Shown: one piece after another, positions 56,152 to 64,000 of the stretch | How the letters are laid out: each line of letters begins with the position of its first letter | Position numbering within the stretch: the first letter of the stretch is position 1 | From: the human T2T-CHM13v2.0 reference genome, Homo sapiens | Assembly (NCBI RefSeq): GCF_009914755.1 | Contig: NC_060929.1 | Direction: 5' to 3' (one strand) | DNA: 64,000 nt | Notes under the pieces: model-generated | The model's database searches: none | What the model was told of the DNA's origin: nothing | The model's input: the letters and a program-made list of their open reading frames with translations, nothing else | Position numbers and translations under genes: made by a program

Positions 56152-56419
56152 CACACATACTACTTTTAAAATCAGACTTTTTTCTTCACATTCACTTTTG
56201 GGATGAAGCATCAGTGTTTTATATTACGTATTTTAAAACCAAATTTGAGGATATTGATTGATCTCGATCTTTTTGGTCCCAGGTACTTATATGAAAGGTA
56301 TATTTACATTAAAGCATATACAAATTTAAAATACATAGAATATTTAATTTACAGTGCAGGTTATATATATAACAGCATAAAAACATACATTAATATATAA
56401 ATATATTAATAGTATGTAT

Positions 56420-56721
56420 CAGAGATCAGCAGACTTTTTCTGTAAAGGACTAGATAGTAAATACTTTAGGTTTTTTGTGAGGAGATACAGATGATCTCCT
56501 TTACATTGTCTTCTCTCCTTTCACCTGCTCTTCCCTCTCTTCCTCTTTCCTTTCTAGTTCTTTTTCTTTTTTTTCTTTTTCTTCTTTGTACTTCAATGGA
56601 TGAACATATTTTTCTTTTAATAACCTTTTCAAAAATGTAAAAACCATTCTTAGCTCCTGGGTCGTTAAAAACAGGGTGCTGGGCTACATTTATCCTGAGG
56701 GCTGTAGTATGCAGACCCCTG
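56420..56721 (+). mobile_element. MER58-type hAT-Charlie element
   Basis: cagagatcagcagactttttctgtaaaggactagatagtaaatacttt...gctgtagtatgcagacccctg. Confidence 0.75.
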
Positions 56722-56839
56722 GTATGTTATTATGTTACTTTATATATCAAATATTTAAGTTAAACATAATTGAAATATATAAATATAATTTTATATATTT
56801 TAAAGATCAAAATCAGCGAATCCAGAAAGAACTTTTTAA

Positions 56840-57149
56840 TTTTAATTTTTTTTTATTTTTTATTTTTTTGGAGACGGAGTCTTGCTCTGTCGCCCAGGCT
56901 GGAGTGCAGTGGTGTGATCTCGACTCCCTTGCAATCTCCGCCTCCTAGGTTCAAGTGATTCACCTACCTCAGTCCCTCCAGTAGTTGGGATTACAGGCGT
57001 ACACCTCCTGGCTAATTTTTTTGTGTTTTTTAGTAGAGACGGGTTTCACCATGTTGGCCAGCCTGGTCTCAAACTCCTGACCTCAGGTGATCCACTGCCT
57101 TAGCCTCCCAAAGTGCTAGGATTATAGGCATGAGCCACTGCGCCCGGCC
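56840..57149 (-). mobile_element. Alu (S type)
   Basis: TSD cagaaagaacttttta. Confidence 0.9.
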
Positions 57150-57206
57150 CAGAAAGAACTTTTTAAAAAATAGAAAAATCTTTATTTACCTATCTTTATT
57201 TCACAG

Positions 57207-57284
57207 AAATCTTAAGATTTTTAATATCTTAATGAAGTTAATGTTAAGTATTTATAATTAAAGTTTAATTCAGAAGCTGAAAAT
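57207..57284 (+). pseudogene. Candidate fossil (pseudo)exon for the missing middle of RRM2
   Basis: Intact-looking acceptor (tttatttacctatctttatttcacag|), 26 codons K S * D F * Y L N E V N V K Y L * L K F N S E A E N, no GT donor; resembles the RBM26-type RRM2 middle exon as I recall it. Confidence 0.6.
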
Positions 57285-58342
57285 TTTAACTCAGAGCCTT
57301 GCCAAGGGCACAGATGGGACAAAAACTAAAGTACTTCATCCCTGTTGAAGGGAGGTTCGGCTAGATACAACAGGAAAAGTTATTTTCTCTAAATATTTGG
57401 AATATATAGACTGTACTTTGATATTTTTCAAGTAGTGTGGCTCATTTAACTGTAAGAATTTTGAATTTTTCCTTCTTTTCAAGAAGTCTAGAGTTAGGTT
57501 TTAGGATTGATCAATTCAGAAATTCAGCTGCTCAGATTAATATATTTCTCTTCTTCTATCCTACCATGTTGCCTTTTATTAGGCTTTTTTCCTCTTGCCT
57601 TGACCTCCCAAAATGTTGGGATTACAGGCATGAGCCATTGCACCTGGCTAGTTTTTTTTTCTTTTTTTAAATTCCTGTTTTTACTGTTACTTCTTGATTT
57701 CTAAATTGTAAGCATTATATATTGACTTCCCATTAATCTTTCTGCTTCCCACCTCTCCAGTTTTTTTTTGACCTTGTCGTGTTTTCTTTTATTTTTTTGT
57801 TACGGATTTATACCTTAAAAAAATAAATTATTCTACTGTCATTTCAGTGGGTGTCTGGGGAAGGGTATGAAATTGCATACGACAGATGGTCAGTTCCCCA
57901 TCTTTAGCCAGAAGACCCTTTGAGTCTTGAGAAAGTAAGAGGTTTATCTCTAAAGTACTGTTTAGAACCTGTGCTCCCACAATATTTATATAATTCGTTA
58001 TAATTTTTATGTTCTTACTGGCAAAAACCTCTAATGTCTCACTCCTGTCATTCCTGGAACTTCATATGAGGCAACAGAATACCTCTGCTGTAATTACCAA
58101 AGACTTCGCACATAGTTAGCTTTTCCCCACAGCCTCTCAAGACAGGGATTTTCCCCCATCTTCCAAGTATCTGAAAAATATATTTGAGAATTTTACTGTA
58201 CATGGAAATGATACTTTATAGTTAGGCAGATAGTTTTCTTTTGTGCTTTCCAGAACAAAAATTAACCTTTTCTGTGTATTTAACATTTGGAGAAAGTTTT
58301 TTAGATAGTGCTTCATTGATTGCCCTTCATCAGACCTTGTTA

Positions 58343-58531
<189 letters not shown>

Positions 58532-59024
58532 TTACTGTTGTTATCTGTCACAAGTGATCAGGAGTTTACCTTTTCTGCACACTTTACTGTGTTCAGGGTT
58601 CTTCAGGTGAAAATATAATTTTCGTAGCTAGTTCTAGGAGTGAAATATGGCAATGGTAATTCTGTGACCTTTACAAAGACATTGAAACTCTAAACTGCCG
58701 TAATTTTTTCTCTTAATTTTGAAAATTTCTTTACAAAGGTAGTTACTGCTTTTAGAACATTCAGACAATACAAATTATAAAGGAGAAGGCACAACAAATT
58801 TGAAATCTTACCAATTACATTTTTATGAACATCTTTCTAGCACCTGTATCTGTCATATGTATACATACTACCCATGCTGTTTTGGAGTTTGTTTTTACAT
58901 CCATAGTGTATCATGGAGAATTGTTCATGTTTATGAATATAGATATACATTTGTCTTATTTGAAGGCATTCTGTTATAAGAATATGCCATAATTTTTATG
59001 TACAGCCCCCTATTGATGAGTTAG

Positions 59025-59563
<539 letters not shown>

Positions 59564-60309
59564 CTTTAGGTAAATTCCTAGGAAGGAGATAACTGGATCA
59601 AAGGCATGCATTGAAATTTTGGCACAGCTCGCTAAATAACCCTTCAGAATGTTGTACTAATTTATACTTGTAGTGACATTGGATGAGAGTACCTATTTGC
59701 TCATTCCCTCATATAGCACTTGAATTTTGTTTTTTTATCTGCCAGTCAGTTGATTGATACATGATGACTGGCATAGATTGGGCGTCAGTTTCTAATCGGG
59801 GAAAATGGCTGGACTAGATGAATTTCTCTTTGAGCAGCTTCTACCAAGAACCCTAATATGCATATAATTTTTAATTTATGGTATATATAGTTGATCTCAT
59901 ATTCACATATATATGTATTTTATTTGAATTATTTCCTTGGCCAACACACGTAAACAAAATGAAAAAGGAATAAAAGTGTATACAATGAAAAATAAGATTT
60001 CCTTCTACCTCCAGTCACTCAATTTCACTCCCCATAGACAATTATTGTTACGAGTTTCTCATACATCTGCTTAAAGATATTCTCTCTCTATATATATTAT
60101 TTGTTCTCTCTTTTATAAAAATGGTAGCATGTTATACAACACCGTTTTGCCATATGTACTTTTACTTTATATTAGATTTTAAATTGTTCTACACTAGTGC
60201 ATGTGGTGTTGCTTCATTCTTTTTAATGACTGCATGGTATTTCATTGCACAGATATATAATACTACAGTTGAACCATCCTGTATTGATGGACATCCAATT
60301 TTTTCCCAA

Positions 60310-60603
60310 TTTTTTTTTTTTTTTGAGACGGAGTCTGGCTGCCTCCCAGGCTGGAGTGCAGTGATGCAGTCTGAGCTCACTGCATGCTCCGCCTCGCAGG
60401 TTCATGCCATTCTCCTGCCTCAGCCTCCCGAGTAGCTGGGACTACAGGCACCCGCCACCACGCCTGGCTAATTTTTTGTATTTTGAGTAGAGACGGGGTT
60501 TCACCGTGTTAGCCAGGATGGTCTCGATCTCCTGACCTCGTGATCTGCCCGCCTCTGCCTCCCAAAGTGCTGGGATTACAGGCATCAGCCCCTGCGCCTG
60601 GCC
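60310..60603 (-). mobile_element. AluY
   Basis: accgtgttagccaggatggtctcgatc diagnostics; TSD tttttcccaat. Confidence 0.9.
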
Positions 60604-60749
60604 TTTTTTCCCAATATTTTATCATTTTAAACCATATTTAGATGTGTATGTGAGAGAATGTATATGTATGTGTAGAACAATTAGGTACTGTAATAAGTAA
60701 CAAATATGTTAAGAGATTAATCCTAGATTTTTTTAAAAAGTACTTTTTA

Positions 60750-61438
<689 letters not shown>

Positions 61439-61640
61439 TTATTAATCTTTTTCCATTCTTAAAAGATAGTCACTATTCTTAGGTATCTTTATAGAAAAAT
61501 ACTATGTATGTAAGAAAACATATATAAAGCTTCTCACTTTAAAAACATTTACGAAAATGTGATCATATTATACATACAGGGCTGCATTCCAAACCTTGCC
61601 TTTTTCACATAAAAATCTTAGCTATCTGGTATTCCTTTAA

Positions 61641-61937
61641 TTTTTTTTTTTTTTGGAGACAGAGTCTCAAGTCACCTGTCACCCAGGCCGGAGTGCAGTG
61701 GTACGATCTCAGCTCACTGCAACCTCCACCTCCCAGGTTCAGGGATTCTCCTTTCTTCGCCTCCTGAGTAGCTGGGATTATAGGCATGCACCACCGCGCC
61801 CAGCTAATTTTTGTATTTTTAGTAGAGATGAGGTTTCACCATGTTGGCCAGCTGGTCTCAAACTCCTGAACTCAGGTGATCTACCTGCCTCAGCCTCAAA
61901 GGGCTGGGATTATAGGCATGTGCCACCACGCCCGACC
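61641..61937 (-). mobile_element. Alu (S type)
   Basis: TSD tat(t)tcctt(t)aa. Confidence 0.88.
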
Positions 61938-62157
61938 TATTTCCTTAAAATTTTTAAAGGTTATACCTATAGTCAACTAAAAATGTTTATAAAAACCAAC
62001 TATACTGATCATAAACATATAGTTCAATGATTTATGAGAAGGCAAACACCTAATATACCTATACCTCAGGTCAAGAAATAGAACATTTCCAATACCCCAA
62101 TCTCCCTTGTTGCTCCCTCCAGCCTCTATCTATCTTCTCTCCTTCTCAGAGCAGTAA

Positions 62158-63367
<1,210 letters not shown>

Positions 63368-63369
63368 TA

Positions 63370-64000
63370 GTTTTATCACCTAAATATGCATTCCTAAATA
63401 TTATAGTAGTATTCTGCCTGTTTTTAAAATGTTATGTAAATGGAATCACACAGTGTATATTCTTTTGTGCTTGGCTTCTTCTGTTTAATGTTTGTGAGAC
63501 TCATTCATGTTTTTACATGTAACATTAATTTGCCATTTTTATTACTATATAATAGTTGTATCAATATACCACAGTTTATTTTTCATCTTTTTTTTTTTTT
63601 TTTTTTTTTGAGATGGAGTCTCACTCTGTTGCCCAGGCCAGATCACAGTGGCGCGATCTCGGCTCTTGGCAACCTCCACCTCATGGGTTCAAGCGATTCT
63701 CTCCTGCCTCAGCCTCCTGAGTAGCTGGGATTATGGGCGTGTGCCAGTACCCCTGGCTAATTTTTGTATTTTTAGTAGAGATGGTGTTTCTCCATGTTGG
63801 ACAGGCTGGTCTTGAACTGCTGACCTCAGGGGATCCGCCCACCTCGGCCTCCCAAAGTGTTAGGATTACAGGCGTGAGCCACCGCACCCAGCCTCATCCT
63901 CTTACTGATGGATGTTTGGGTTATTTCTACTATGTGGCTTTTGTAAGCAGTGTTGCTATCTTATACATGTTTTTAACTACACATGTACACACCATTTCTC
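63370..64000 (-). mobile_element. Old L1M 3'UTR fragment (continues 62000-62197), with an Alu at 63587-63893
   Basis: aaatggaatcacacagtgtatattcttttgtgcttggcttctt...tgatggatgtttgggttatttc. Confidence 0.65.

Overview
Human (primate) genomic DNA covering the internal part of RBM27 on the + strand. RBM27 encodes RNA-binding motif protein 27 (Psc1/ARRS1 family, paralogue of RBM26). I traced 18 GT-AG coding exons (604 to 53257, 2929 nt in total) that splice into one open frame. They encode most of the PWI domain, an RS region, a CCCH zinc finger, a Pro/(PG)11 region, RRM1, a Q/H-rich segment, coiled coils, an RG box and the first part of a second RRM. The first exon and the last exons lie outside the window, and exon numbers follow my recollection of the RBM27 structure. 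The introns hold about 70 Alu elements (mostly antisense, one AluYb8), plus L1/L2/MIR fragments, MER/Tigger/Charlie DNA transposons and LTR fragments. Nearly all ORFs in the supplied track are Alu artefacts. The most interesting signal is a candidate fossil exon at 57207-57284, which appears to be the decayed middle exon of RRM2. Other oddities: an 85-nt templated insertion inside an Alu, a young AluYb8 reusing an older Alu's target site, a diverged tandem duplication that keeps AP-1 sites, and a coding (PG)11 hexamer repeat. Repeat family names and boundaries were judged by eye and are approximate.
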